A program made the translations under genes and the position numbers. A stretch of DNA of 64,000 nt. Origin: an uncultured cyanobacterium. GTDB lineage: Bacteria; Cyanobacteriota; Cyanobacteriia; PCC-6307; Cyanobiaceae. Shown piece by piece: positions 33,332-42,561 of the stretch. The stretch is from NCBI GenBank assembly GCA_963765575.1, contig CAVXWZ010000001.1, forward strand, positions 32,001-96,000, in the 5' to 3' direction. The notes beneath the pieces are model-generated. The model was not told the DNA's origin and searched no databases. It worked only from the letters and a program-made list of their open reading frames with translations. Numbering within the stretch: the first letter of the stretch is position 1; each line of letters starts with the position of its first letter.

Positions 33332-34999
33332 ATGACGTTTGTGCGTTCCGCCCTTTGTGCTGCAACCCTGGCGGCTGGCACTTTGCTGGCCGGTCTGCCT
33401 GGCGTCGCTGCTGGACGGCTGGTGTTCACCTATGGACCTGCGTCCCGTTCGATCAAGGTTGAGTCGCTGGAGACCTTTGCTGCCACGGGTCAGGTAAACG
33501 ATGACCTGCGCCTTTTCATCAAGGGCAACGATCTTGAGCAACAAAAGAAATATCGTAAAGCTCTCACGTTTCGCGCCAGTGTCAAGCCAATCTTAGTGTC
33601 TCGCTTTCTCAACACCCATATCGGCGAAGAGGTGCTCACCCGGCTCGGTAAAGCCATCACACTGAACAGCGGTGCCAACGGCAAACTGGCGCTCAGAAGT
33701 GCACTGGTTGAGGCCGCCTACGACAAGGACGGCCTCAGCGTGGTGAATGTGATGAAGAAACTGCCTGTGGATATCACCTTTAATGGGAAGATGATTATCG
33801 ATCTGGCAGCTGAAGTGAAGCGATTGGTGCTCGGAACCGAGGAGCTGATCAAGACATTTCGTTCTTCTACTGAAGAAGAAGCAAAGACTAGCGCCCCAGT
33901 GGATTACTCTCAATTACCAGACATGTCCCAGTCTGGGCCGTATACGGTGGAGAAGCGGGTCTGGAATCTTGTTGATTCGAGCCGACAACGTAAATTCTAC
34001 GTGGATGTTTACCTGCCTGTTGGCAGTGATGGCGAAAAATTGTCAGTCATTGTCTTTTCTCATGGGCTTTCGTCACGGCCGGAGGACTACTCCACTGGTC
34101 TTCGCCATATGGCATCTCACGGTTATGCCGTTGCTGCTCCCCAGCATCCAGGCAGTGACAACATCTGGATTAAAGAACTGATCAAGGGGATCAACACTGA
34201 TGTTTTTGATGTCAACGAATACATTAATCGACCGGCGGACATCAGTTATGTGCTCGACGAGCTTCAGCGCCGCAATGCTGCGGAGTTTGAGGACAGGTTG
34301 GTGCTCGACAATGTGGGCATTGCCGGCCACTCCTTTGGTGGCTACACCGCCCTGGCTGTTGGCGGAGCTCGAGTGGACTTCGAGCATCTCAAGCAGGAAT
34401 GCGAACGCACCTACGGCGGTGTCGACGTCTCTATCCTTCTCGAGTGCGAGGCACTTCGCCTACCCCAAAAGGCCTACGATTTCAAAGACGATCGGGTCAG
34501 CGCCATCTTTGCCTTCAACCCGGTTAATCGTGCCATCTTCGGTCCGAAGGGGCTTGCATCCATCAACCTTCCCACTGCTATGTCCTCTGGCAGTTACGAC
34601 CCGGCTGCTCCGCCGGCCCTGGAGCAAGCGAGCAGTTTTACCTGGCTCAAGATGCCTGATAAGTACTGGATGATGGTGGAGGGGCAGGCCCACGTGAATT
34701 TTGACAATATCGATCCCGGTATCAAGCGGTCAATCGAAGCGATCACTGATCTGACCATTCCCAGTGAGGCTCTGATCGTTACCTATGTGAAAGCAATGGT
34801 GCTGCCCTTCTTCAAGGTCCACGTTGATGGTGAAGCAGATCACAAGGTCTACCTGCGCTCTGCTTATGCTGAGTATCTGTCCAGAGGAAAGCCGTTCAAG
34901 CTCGATTTCGTGACGGCTGCGTCATCGGACAGAATGCGGCAGGCGATCATCAACTTTCAGTCGACCCATCCATCGAAAGCCGTCGGTACACACAAGTGA
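33332..34999 (+). CDS. DUF1400 + alpha/beta hydrolase, exported
   Basis: Signal peptide, VIVFSHGL, APQHPGSD, RPADISYVLD, nucleophile GHSFGG, GQAH. Confidence 0.88.
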   Translation: MTFVRSALCAATLAAGTLLAGLPGVAAGRLVFTYGPASRSIKVESLETFAATGQVNDDLRLFIKGNDLEQQKKYRKALTFRASVKPILVSRFLNTHIGEEVLTRLGKAITLNSGANGKLALRSALVEAAYDKDGLSVVNVMKKLPVDITFNGKMIIDLAAEVKRLVLGTEELIKTFRSSTEEEAKTSAPVDYSQLPDMSQSGPYTVEKRVWNLVDSSRQRKFYVDVYLPVGSDGEKLSVIVFSHGLSSRPEDYSTGLRHMASHGYAVAAPQHPGSDNIWIKELIKGINTDVFDVNEYINRPADISYVLDELQRRNAAEFEDRLVLDNVGIAGHSFGGYTALAVGGARVDFEHLKQECERTYGGVDVSILLECEALRLPQKAYDFKDDRVSAIFAFNPVNRAIFGPKGLASINLPTAMSSGSYDPAAPPALEQASSFTWLKMPDKYWMMVEGQAHVNFDNIDPGIKRSIEAITDLTIPSEALIVTYVKAMVLPFFKVHVDGEADHKVYLRSAYAEYLSRGKPFKLDFVTAASSDRMRQAIINFQSTHPSKAVGTHK

Positions 35000-35460
35000 G
35001 TCGTGCCTAGTGTTCGTCAACCTCCAGATTATCCTGGAGTCTTCACCTGATGCAATCAGCGAAATCTAGTTGCTGTTCTTAAGTTTGAGTGAGTGACAGC
35101 GCTGTGCGACCACTGCCTCCATGGAAATCACTTTAGTTTCTCACTCTGTTATAAGTCTTGTATCCGTAGCGTGCCATCCGGAGCGGCTCGATGAGAAGTT
35201 GACACGAGAGTCGGCATCAGCTCTCGTTCGAAAACTTCTTCCCGGACTTTGGCCGCGGTCTCTCTGGTGAGAACGACTACATCAAACTCGCCGCGAGCAT
35301 CCCCTGGGATGACCTGGACGATGTCCACCTTGCACTTCTGAAAGGGCTCTGGAGCACCCACCAGAGGGGTATAGACATCTATAGATAGCTATGGCGATAT
35401 GACCTATCGATTGGTGCCGTCAGTTTGTGGTGGATGGGGGGGCGCTAGCCCATTCATGCT

Positions 35461-36027
35461 TCACGCATGGTGCTGTTGGTGGCGGATGAACCAGATGCGC
35501 TGGAGGACCACGACCAGCAGCGCCGTACTCCAACCCAGAAGAAGCACACCAGAAAGGGCTTGACACCCCGCCACAACCCGCCAGGTCATCCCTACCGTCA
35601 CGTCCCCATAGCCCAGGCTCGTGAAGGTGACCAGGGAGAAATACAGGGCTTGGCTGAACGAGTCCAGCGCTCCTCCAATGTCATAGAAGAGTGCCCAGAG
35701 CATCACTTGCATGATGGCGGTGCCGAAGAGCACAAACAATGAAAGCATCGTGGCAATGGCCGATTGAAGCGATGGCTTCCTTGACCAGCGCTCGAACCTG
35801 TGGCTGTAGATCCAGGCGAGTATAATATTCGTAGCCCACATCTGCAGCAGGGCACAGATCACCAGCAGCACTATACCTAGTCCAAGCTGTTGCAGGGTGT
35901 TGCTGTTTTCTGTGTGGACCTGCTCGTTGGCCACCCTGGCGATCGCAGATGGCATCGGCATGGTCAGCAGGGCCAGTCCAATGGTGATGGCCTGCTGAGC
36001 AGGCCTTTTCGTTCTTGAACTCGCCAT
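35461..36027 (-). CDS. potassium channel family (Ion_trans_2) protein
   Basis: ALYFSLVTFTSLGYGDV selectivity filter flanked by TM helices; start uncertain. Confidence 0.85.
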   Translation of the reverse strand: MASSRTKRPAQQAITIGLALLTMPMPSAIARVANEQVHTENSNTLQQLGLGIVLLVICALLQMWATNIILAWIYSHRFERWSRKPSLQSAIATMLSLFVLFGTAIMQVMLWALFYDIGGALDSFSQALYFSLVTFTSLGYGDVTVGMTWRVVAGCQALSGVLLLGWSTALLVVVLQRIWFIRHQQHHA

Positions 36028-36530
36028 CAGGTTGGAGACTGTTCCAGGCAAGCTAGCCCTGTTCCCTGCACGAGGACGGGAGGCCTGTTCGCCAGGCAAT
36101 TCTTCTGGGCAGGGAGCTGGAGCCTGAGGTGATCTTTCAGCTTGTCACAGCGAGATGCGGCTAGATGCCTGGGAGAACACGATAGATATAACTACATGTC
36201 TAGATATTCGAGGAAATGATAGCAATAAGGTTTTCGCCATTCCATGAGGGGTGCAACCGTCCCAGGAGAGAATTGTGGGCCTTTCTTGACCACTGAGTAT
36301 GCTGACACTTCCGACTACAGTGCATTGGGTGCCCACAGACTCTACTCACTTTCGGCTGCATTGCATCGTGAAGGGCAATTCTCGGAGCAGTGATGCCCTC
36401 TTCGGTGGTCAGTCTGAATCAGATAGCACTGTTGTTTAATCGCAGACCCTTGTGCTCAGCTCCCAGCTGGGCATCAGCGTCCTTGTTTTTCACCAGGACT
36501 TGCAAGCGTTCGAACATTAGCAGCTACTAT

Positions 36531-38750
36531 ATGCAAATGGCCATTGCCACTGGCTCGTTGCAACGACAGCTCTCCTGGGCAGGTAGGCGCGTGAATCTCT
36601 CTCCGCGCATCCGATTCGGCCTTCGCCTGGCCCTGGCAATGGTGATGGCCTATTGGGTGGCTCTGTCGATGGACTGGCAGAGGCCTTTCTGGGCGGGGAT
36701 TTCCGTCACGGTGCTCAGTCTGGATAGTGCCGGCCAATCCATGCTCAAGGTGGTGTTGCGTTTCGTTGGAACCGTCGTAGGTGCGGTGGTAGCCCTGAGC
36801 CTGATCGCGCTGTTCCCTCAGGATCGCTGGTTGTTCTTTCTTTCTCTCTCGCTGTATGAGGGATTCTGCTGTTATCGGATGTTAGGCAGCTCCTATCCCT
36901 ACGCCTGGACGGTGTCGGGGTTTGTGGCCGCTGTCATTGCGATCGATGGTGGTCCGCCCGATGGTCTCACTGACTTCAATGTGGCCATAGAACGCCTCCT
37001 GGAGACGGGAACAGGAATTCTTGCCTACACATTCAGTGGATTTCTCATCCCCACCGGCAGCATGGGGGGAGCCTTCCAAGCCAAATTAGCGGCAATTGCA
37101 CAACGGCTTGGACATCTCCTGCCGGCCTGCCTGGCTCCCTATGGGGGGAGGCACTCAGCCGATCCTCAGACAGCCAAGGATCTCCGGCAACTCCATGCCG
37201 ATGCCGCCACGTTTGAGACGCTGGTGGCGCCTGCCGCGATGGAGAGTGGCTCCATCTGGATGGAACGTCGTCGCTGGGGTCAGGTGGCACTGGCTTTCAG
37301 GTTGCTTCCCCGCGCTCTGAGCCACGTTCGCCTGGCCGGCTTCGAGTTGGGGAACAGGGAGAGACTTTTGCTCGATCAACCCGTCAGCGCCCTTCAACAG
37401 CGGTTGGGACAACGCTTCGCAGCGATGGGGAATGCGGTCGACGGCGAGTCAACACTATCGTCTCCAATCCCCCCACCGTTGTCGGGCCCCACACCCCTCG
37501 AACGAATGGACTGCTCAATAGAGGAGCAAGCACACCTTCTGGCGAGCTGGAGGTCACTGCTGGAGCTCGATGCGATCAGCCATCGCTTGGTTGGCATCAT
37601 GCGTGGCCTGTCAGCTCCTCTGCTAGGTGCCCCTTCTTCTGGCCCTGCTCTCGGTTGGCCCCCACAGCAGGAAGCAAGGCTGGCGTCGATTGATCCCGAT
37701 CACCTCTGGCTGGCAATCCGGCTGGTGATACAGATCTGGATCGCCGTGCTGCTGTGGATTTATCTTCCTGGTCTTCCCAATGGCCTCGCGATCATCTCTC
37801 TGATTCCAAGTGTTGGCCTGCCCCTGGCTCAGATGCCATTGTTCAGGGGGCAAACGTTATTCGCGCCTGGGCTACAGGCGCTCTTGGCCGCTGGAATTCT
37901 GTACGTATTTGTGCTTCCCAAATTGGATGGGTTTCTCGGCCTCGCCAGTGTTCTGGGGATTGCAACCTTCGTGATTGGTGCTTGCTACTACAAGAATGGG
38001 CCGAAGCGAAATATTATGATGATACTGATAATCGTTTCTTGCAATATTCAGAATCAACAATCTTATGATTTCATCGGTTTTCTCAATTTGGCCCTTGCCA
38101 TTATCCTCACATTTTCAATTCTAACCCTATCCCAGGATCTGCCAATGTCATGGCTCCCCGAAAGGCAAGCCCTGCGGCTGTTGCATCGTCTGATGTCAAG
38201 CGCCACTGCCATCGTTCAATTGACGACGCAGGAGGCCCATGACCCGCTCCCATGGCCGCAACGGATTTGCCTGGCTTTCCACCGTAGAGTTGCTCGAGGC
38301 ATACCGTCAAAGTTGGCTGCGCTTTCTTCTAGTCTGCCGCTCCAGATGTTAAAGCTCAACAAAATCCAAATCGATGACCTACTTGGTTCTGTGGAGTCGC
38401 TATCACTCTGGCTAGATGAATGGAGTGAGCCACTGACATTGTTAACCATCCCACCATTTCGGCTTCCCTTGACTTCGTTCTCGGATCAGCCAGGATCCTC
38501 GGATGATCATTCTCCATGGTCACGCCCTCCTCACCGCTTGGATTCGATGGTTGTGGCGGTGGGAGCCGTTAACGCTGGTTGCTGCTCCAGGCTCACTGCT
38601 GCCTCCCCCAGCCCAGCGACTGGGCCCGGGATGGACGGCCTTGCTGAGTGGCTTGGCTGCGGGCTTGCTCTGGAATCGGCTTTGCGCCAGTTGCAGGCAG
38701 TTACGGCTTCGTTTGAATGGAAGAGATGGCAGCAACCACGCTTCTCATGA
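36531..38750 (+). CDS. FUSC family inner-membrane efflux protein (AaeB-like)
   Basis: DWQRPFWAG, RFVGTVVGA, LFPQDRW, AIERLLET; two TM blocks separated by a soluble domain. Confidence 0.85.
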   Translation: MQMAIATGSLQRQLSWAGRRVNLSPRIRFGLRLALAMVMAYWVALSMDWQRPFWAGISVTVLSLDSAGQSMLKVVLRFVGTVVGAVVALSLIALFPQDRWLFFLSLSLYEGFCCYRMLGSSYPYAWTVSGFVAAVIAIDGGPPDGLTDFNVAIERLLETGTGILAYTFSGFLIPTGSMGGAFQAKLAAIAQRLGHLLPACLAPYGGRHSADPQTAKDLRQLHADAATFETLVAPAAMESGSIWMERRRWGQVALAFRLLPRALSHVRLAGFELGNRERLLLDQPVSALQQRLGQRFAAMGNAVDGESTLSSPIPPPLSGPTPLERMDCSIEEQAHLLASWRSLLELDAISHRLVGIMRGLSAPLLGAPSSGPALGWPPQQEARLASIDPDHLWLAIRLVIQIWIAVLLWIYLPGLPNGLAIISLIPSVGLPLAQMPLFRGQTLFAPGLQALLAAGILYVFVLPKLDGFLGLASVLGIATFVIGACYYKNGPKRNIMMILIIVSCNIQNQQSYDFIGFLNLALAIILTFSILTLSQDLPMSWLPERQALRLLHRLMSSATAIVQLTTQEAHDPLPWPQRICLAFHRRVARGIPSKLAALSSSLPLQMLKLNKIQIDDLLGSVESLSLWLDEWSEPLTLLTIPPFRLPLTSFSDQPGSSDDHSPWSRPPHRLDSMVVAVGAVNAGCCSRLTAASPSPATGPGMDGLAEWLGCGLALESALRQLQAVTASFEWKRWQQPRFS

Positions 38751-38980
38751 CCCTGCTGTTATTACTCCAGCGCCATCCTCCCCGAGAAGCTGAGATCCGG
38801 GGTGTGTTCTTTTCTCCACAGTTGATATGCGCTCTGCTTGGAATGGCTGCCGCCTGGGCCACTGCAGCCGCCCTGAGCAGAGCCAATCTTTTCCATAATT
38901 TTGAAAGTCCACTCCTTGTCTTGATCGCTTTCAGCATTATCTATGCGGTAATTTTCAGTTTGCTTCTTGTGCCGGCATGA
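38747..38980 (+). CDS. DUF1656/AaeX-like small membrane protein
   Basis: ATGA overlaps on both sides; PREAEIRGVFFSP followed by two TM helices. Confidence 0.75.
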   Translation: MTLLLLLQRHPPREAEIRGVFFSPQLICALLGMAAAWATAAALSRANLFHNFESPLLVLIAFSIIYAVIFSLLLVPA

Positions 38981-40101
38981 AGATCAGACCCAAGCTACGC
39001 CGTCATCTCCCCACCACTATTCTGGTCGTGGTCGCCCTCGGCTTGCTGGGGATGAAAACCTGGGACTTCATTCGCAATCCCTGGACGCGTGATGGTCAGG
39101 TTCGTGCCACCGTGATCCAGGTGACTTCGAGGGTCTCCGGTCCGATCGTCCGACTGCCGATTAGGGATAATCAACCGGTGAAGAAGGGTGAGCTTCTGTT
39201 TGAGATTGATCCCAGCACATTTCAAGCCAGCGTGAGACAGGCGAAGGCAGACCTTGACAACACGCGCGACGAGGTCCGTGCTCTTGCCAAGGAAGTGGAA
39301 GCCGCCAAGGCCAGTGTGAAGCAAGCCCGCTCAGTGATCAGGAAGGAAGAGTCGGTTTTGATGGGCCTAAACGCCCAATTGATCGACAGCAAGGCCAATT
39401 TTGATCGCGCTGCTGAACTGATCAAAAGTGGTGCTATCACACGTCAGCAATACGATGATCAGATTGCTTCCTACACCACGGCCCAGAGCAACGTTGCAGA
39501 AGCCGAGGCTGCGATTCTTCAGGCAGAAGCTGCCTTGCTTCAGTCACAGGCAAGCCTTCAGCAGGCCATTGCCAAACTTGGTGCACCAGGCGATGAGAAC
39601 GCCCAGGTACGGGCGGCCATCTATGCCCTGCGGAATGCGCAATTGAATCTCCAGTTCGCCACCGTCCGAGCGCCGGTGGATGGGCTTGTGACCAACCTCA
39701 CCCTGCAACGGGGAACTCAGGCCGTGGAGAACCAACCGGCTCTGGCCCTGGTTGATCGAAACAGCTTTTGGATCGAGGCGTACTTCCGTGAGACCTGGAT
39801 CGGCAGGATTCAGCCGGGCGATCAGGCCGTCGTCACCCTGATGAGCTTTCCCAACCATCCTCTTTTGGGCAAGGTGGAAAGCATCGGTTGGGGTATCGCC
39901 CAGGACAATGGCAGTACGGGCGAATTCCTGCTGCCGAATGTGAATCCAACATTCGAATGGATTCGACTTGCGCAGAGAATCCCCGTGAGGATTGAGGTTG
40001 AGAATGTACCTCAACCGGTGATTCTGCGGCTCGGCAGTACAGCGTCGGTGCTGGTGAAGACGGGAATCGGCAGCCGCACTTCCGATTCACCTCAACCGTG
40101 A
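38977..40101 (+). CDS. HlyD family membrane fusion protein (AaeA-like)
   Basis: NPWTRDGQV, VKKGELLFEIDP, VRAPVDG, AYFRET, WIRLAQRIPVRI. Confidence 0.92.
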   Translation: MKIRPKLRRHLPTTILVVVALGLLGMKTWDFIRNPWTRDGQVRATVIQVTSRVSGPIVRLPIRDNQPVKKGELLFEIDPSTFQASVRQAKADLDNTRDEVRALAKEVEAAKASVKQARSVIRKEESVLMGLNAQLIDSKANFDRAAELIKSGAITRQQYDDQIASYTTAQSNVAEAEAAILQAEAALLQSQASLQQAIAKLGAPGDENAQVRAAIYALRNAQLNLQFATVRAPVDGLVTNLTLQRGTQAVENQPALALVDRNSFWIEAYFRETWIGRIQPGDQAVVTLMSFPNHPLLGKVESIGWGIAQDNGSTGEFLLPNVNPTFEWIRLAQRIPVRIEVENVPQPVILRLGSTASVLVKTGIGSRTSDSPQP

Positions 40102-40194
40102 GGGTCCAAGCTATTCTCCCGACACCATCCACCGCAGCGATCGTCTTTCCGCCAGCACCACTCTTACCAGCGGTCAGGCTCCTTGGGCCAGCAG

Positions 40195-40425
40195 GTGTAC
40201 CGCAGGCTGCACACGATCCAGACCACCGAGGCCGACCCTGCCACCGCAGTGGTGCAGCGTGCGCCGCCCTAACCCCGCGGTGAGGCGCCGCTGAGCGTGA
40301 TGGGCCTGGCCTGCGGCACCTGCCGCATGGGCCCCCCGAACCGTCCACGGCCGAGGTGAAGCTGCAGGCCCGCGGCCATGAACCGGAGAATCTCTGGATC
40401 GCCAATGCCCTGCGCATCGCCGAGC
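40195..40425 (+). pseudogene. remnant of the 3' end of a GMC gene (paralogue of 29160..30686)
   Basis: VYRRLHTIQTTEADPATAVVQRAPP*PRGEAPLSVMGLACGTCRMG...NLWIANALRIA matches 30378-30660, with a stop, a frameshift and an internal deletion. Confidence 0.88.
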
Positions 40426-40465
40426 ACATCAAGACCGATCGTCGATCACGATATGGGCTGAGAAT

Positions 40466-41516
40466 TTAAGCCGTCTTCATCCATATCCGAAGCAGGCCAT
40501 CACCCAGCGCCAGCGCGACATGTCCAAGGAAGAGTCCCAGAATCCCACTGGATATCGTTCCGCCGATCAAACCCAGGACGATGATCAGCATCGGCACCGG
40601 CAGACCTTGCCCATCCAGAACGACCTGAACATGTTATCGCTTGGGCCTGCGGCGAGCATCCCGATGGTCCACAGCAGGGCGCCAAGGGTGTCATCGTTAT
40701 CCAGGCATCGATGATGGCCGGACGCGCGATCAGGGTGGGACCAAGCTGAATGATCGTCAGCACAAAGGACATCACCACCAACAGCCCTGCACCCGGAATC
40801 CTGCCGGCAAACAGGCCAACACCCACCAGGCCCGTCTGGACAACGGAGACTCCGACAGCGCCGCGAATGACGTTTTGGATTGTGGAGGTGGTCAAAATAA
40901 GGATATCCTCAATCTGGGCTGGCGCCAGCTTGCTGACAACTCTCCCGATGCGCAGGCGTAAGGCCCTCGGGTTCACCATGAATCCAGCAGCGACCACCAT
41001 GGAGATAATCAAGTGGATCCTGGTGATCCCTGCGTTGGCACTGAGTTCAATCACAAACTTGGTCAGATTCTCCAGTTGTGGTTTCAATTGTTGGAGAATG
41101 GATCCAAGGTCGCCGATGGATCTTCGCCAGAGGCTGGCGACCTGATTGCCGATGAGTGGCCAGGATTCCAACCCCTCAGCCGGTGAGGGGATCACGAACT
41201 GACCCCATGAGATGGCAGAAGCAATCTTCTCAACGTTGTCGAAGACCACAACGCCAAGCAAGGCGAGTGGCCCCATGGTGAAGGCAATTCCCAGCAGGGT
41301 GATCAGTGTGGCGTCAACGGTACAGCGCTGACCCAGCCGACGTTTCAGCACCAGGACCACCGGATGGAGGTCGATCGCCAGGATTGCCGTCCAGTTGACG
41401 ATGCCCAGGAACGGATGGACCACCATGAAGCACCAACCGGCAAGACCGAGAATCAGCACGAGTCTGATGGCGCTATCGATGGAATCCTGGGATTTCTTCA
41501 AGGGGCGATCACCCAT
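40466..41516 (-). pseudogene. AI-2E family transporter, frameshifted and degenerate
   Basis: PFLGIVNWTAILA, WPLIG, IIQLGP. The C-terminal pieces (SDNMFRS; LPVPMLIIVLGLIGG...GLFLG) lie in other frames, and several TM substitutions are non-conservative. Confidence 0.8.
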
Positions 41517-41835
41517 CGACTACGGCATATTGAACCTGGTCTTCCACCTGCCGGCCCATGTCGACCAGGCCCTCAAGGATCAGACGGAGAGTGTCACAGC
41601 GCCTTGGTCTGTGCTGGAGGCGATCTGGATGTGATCCCTTTGTGGCAGCCGACCCTCGGTGCACCGATGTGCCCTGCTGACCGCTGTGCTTTGGGCACGA
41701 CTCACCCAATTGAGCATTAAAACCTTCAGTTGGACCACGACCGGTGCCTGATGATGGGCCATGGCCAGAATCCTCCGGGTTGTCTGCAAGTTCACCTCCA
41801 GCCAAGTCTCTTCCCTCTGTGCTATTGCTTCGCGG

Positions 41836-41858
41836 TGCTAAGATTGTGAGATTCTCAC
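41836..41858 (+). promoter_or_regulatory. candidate extended -10 element plus adjacent palindromic operator upstream of DUF47/PiT
   Basis: TGcTAAGAT at 41836-41844 followed by GTGAGA-T-TCTCAC at 41846-41858. Confidence 0.35.
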
Positions 41859-41865
41859 CCTAGCC

Positions 41866-42561
41866 ATGTCACAGGAACGCCCACAGCTCTTCGGCCGCAC
41901 GCGTTTCCTGATCGGTCAAGTCGATGACTTCCTGGATAAGCTCGCCGAAGGCGCTGTGCTGTTTGAGCATGGCCTGCTGGCATTGATCGAAGAAGGCGTC
42001 AACGAAGGGACAGAGCAGAAAGCCGATCAACTCAAGGAGCTCAAGGAACGCTGCAAGGAACTGCGTCGTAATGTGGTCAACACGCTCGTGGGCGAAATGC
42101 TCATCCCCGATTTCCGCGGCGATGTGCTGAGCCTCCTCTCCAACCTCTTTAGGTTGCTGGATGTCATGGGGCGCACTTACATTGAATTCTTGATCGAACA
42201 TCAGAGTTCTTTGGCAACAGTCGATATCACTCCTTCAAGCACCAGCTCACTCGAGTTGCGGCGTCACTACAAGGAGTTGATCTCCGTTGTCGTGAAAAGT
42301 GTGTTGGCCACGGTGTCTGCTGCGCGGGCCTTTTTTCGTAGTCCGGCGGCTGTCCATGATCATATCAATCTCATCCGTATCTACGAGAACGAGGCCGATG
42401 TCATTGCCCTGCGCCTGAAGCGCTTAATTTATTCTTTGCCAATGAGTCTGGAGAAGAAGAGCCAGATGCGGGATGCAACCGATGTGATTGATGCCATTGC
42501 CGACATGGCAGAAGATCTCAGTGATGATCTAGCCGTTTATGCCATCAAGCGTGAGCTCTGA
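41866..42561 (+). CDS. DUF47 (PhoU-like) phosphate transport regulator
   Basis: LIPDFRGDVL, YENEAD, IADMAED; overlaps the PiT gene. Confidence 0.88.
   Translation: MSQERPQLFGRTRFLIGQVDDFLDKLAEGAVLFEHGLLALIEEGVNEGTEQKADQLKELKERCKELRRNVVNTLVGEMLIPDFRGDVLSLLSNLFRLLDVMGRTYIEFLIEHQSSLATVDITPSSTSSLELRRHYKELISVVVKSVLATVSAARAFFRSPAAVHDHINLIRIYENEADVIALRLKRLIYSLPMSLEKKSQMRDATDVIDAIADMAEDLSDDLAVYAIKREL

Noticed and set aside
35149..35361. 70-aa minus-strand ORF
   Set aside because: Could be a gene fragment, but I recognise no family and there is no convincing start.
41509..41805. Short ORFs upstream of the AI-2E pseudogene
   Set aside because: No motif or coding signature; treated as intergenic or decayed DNA.
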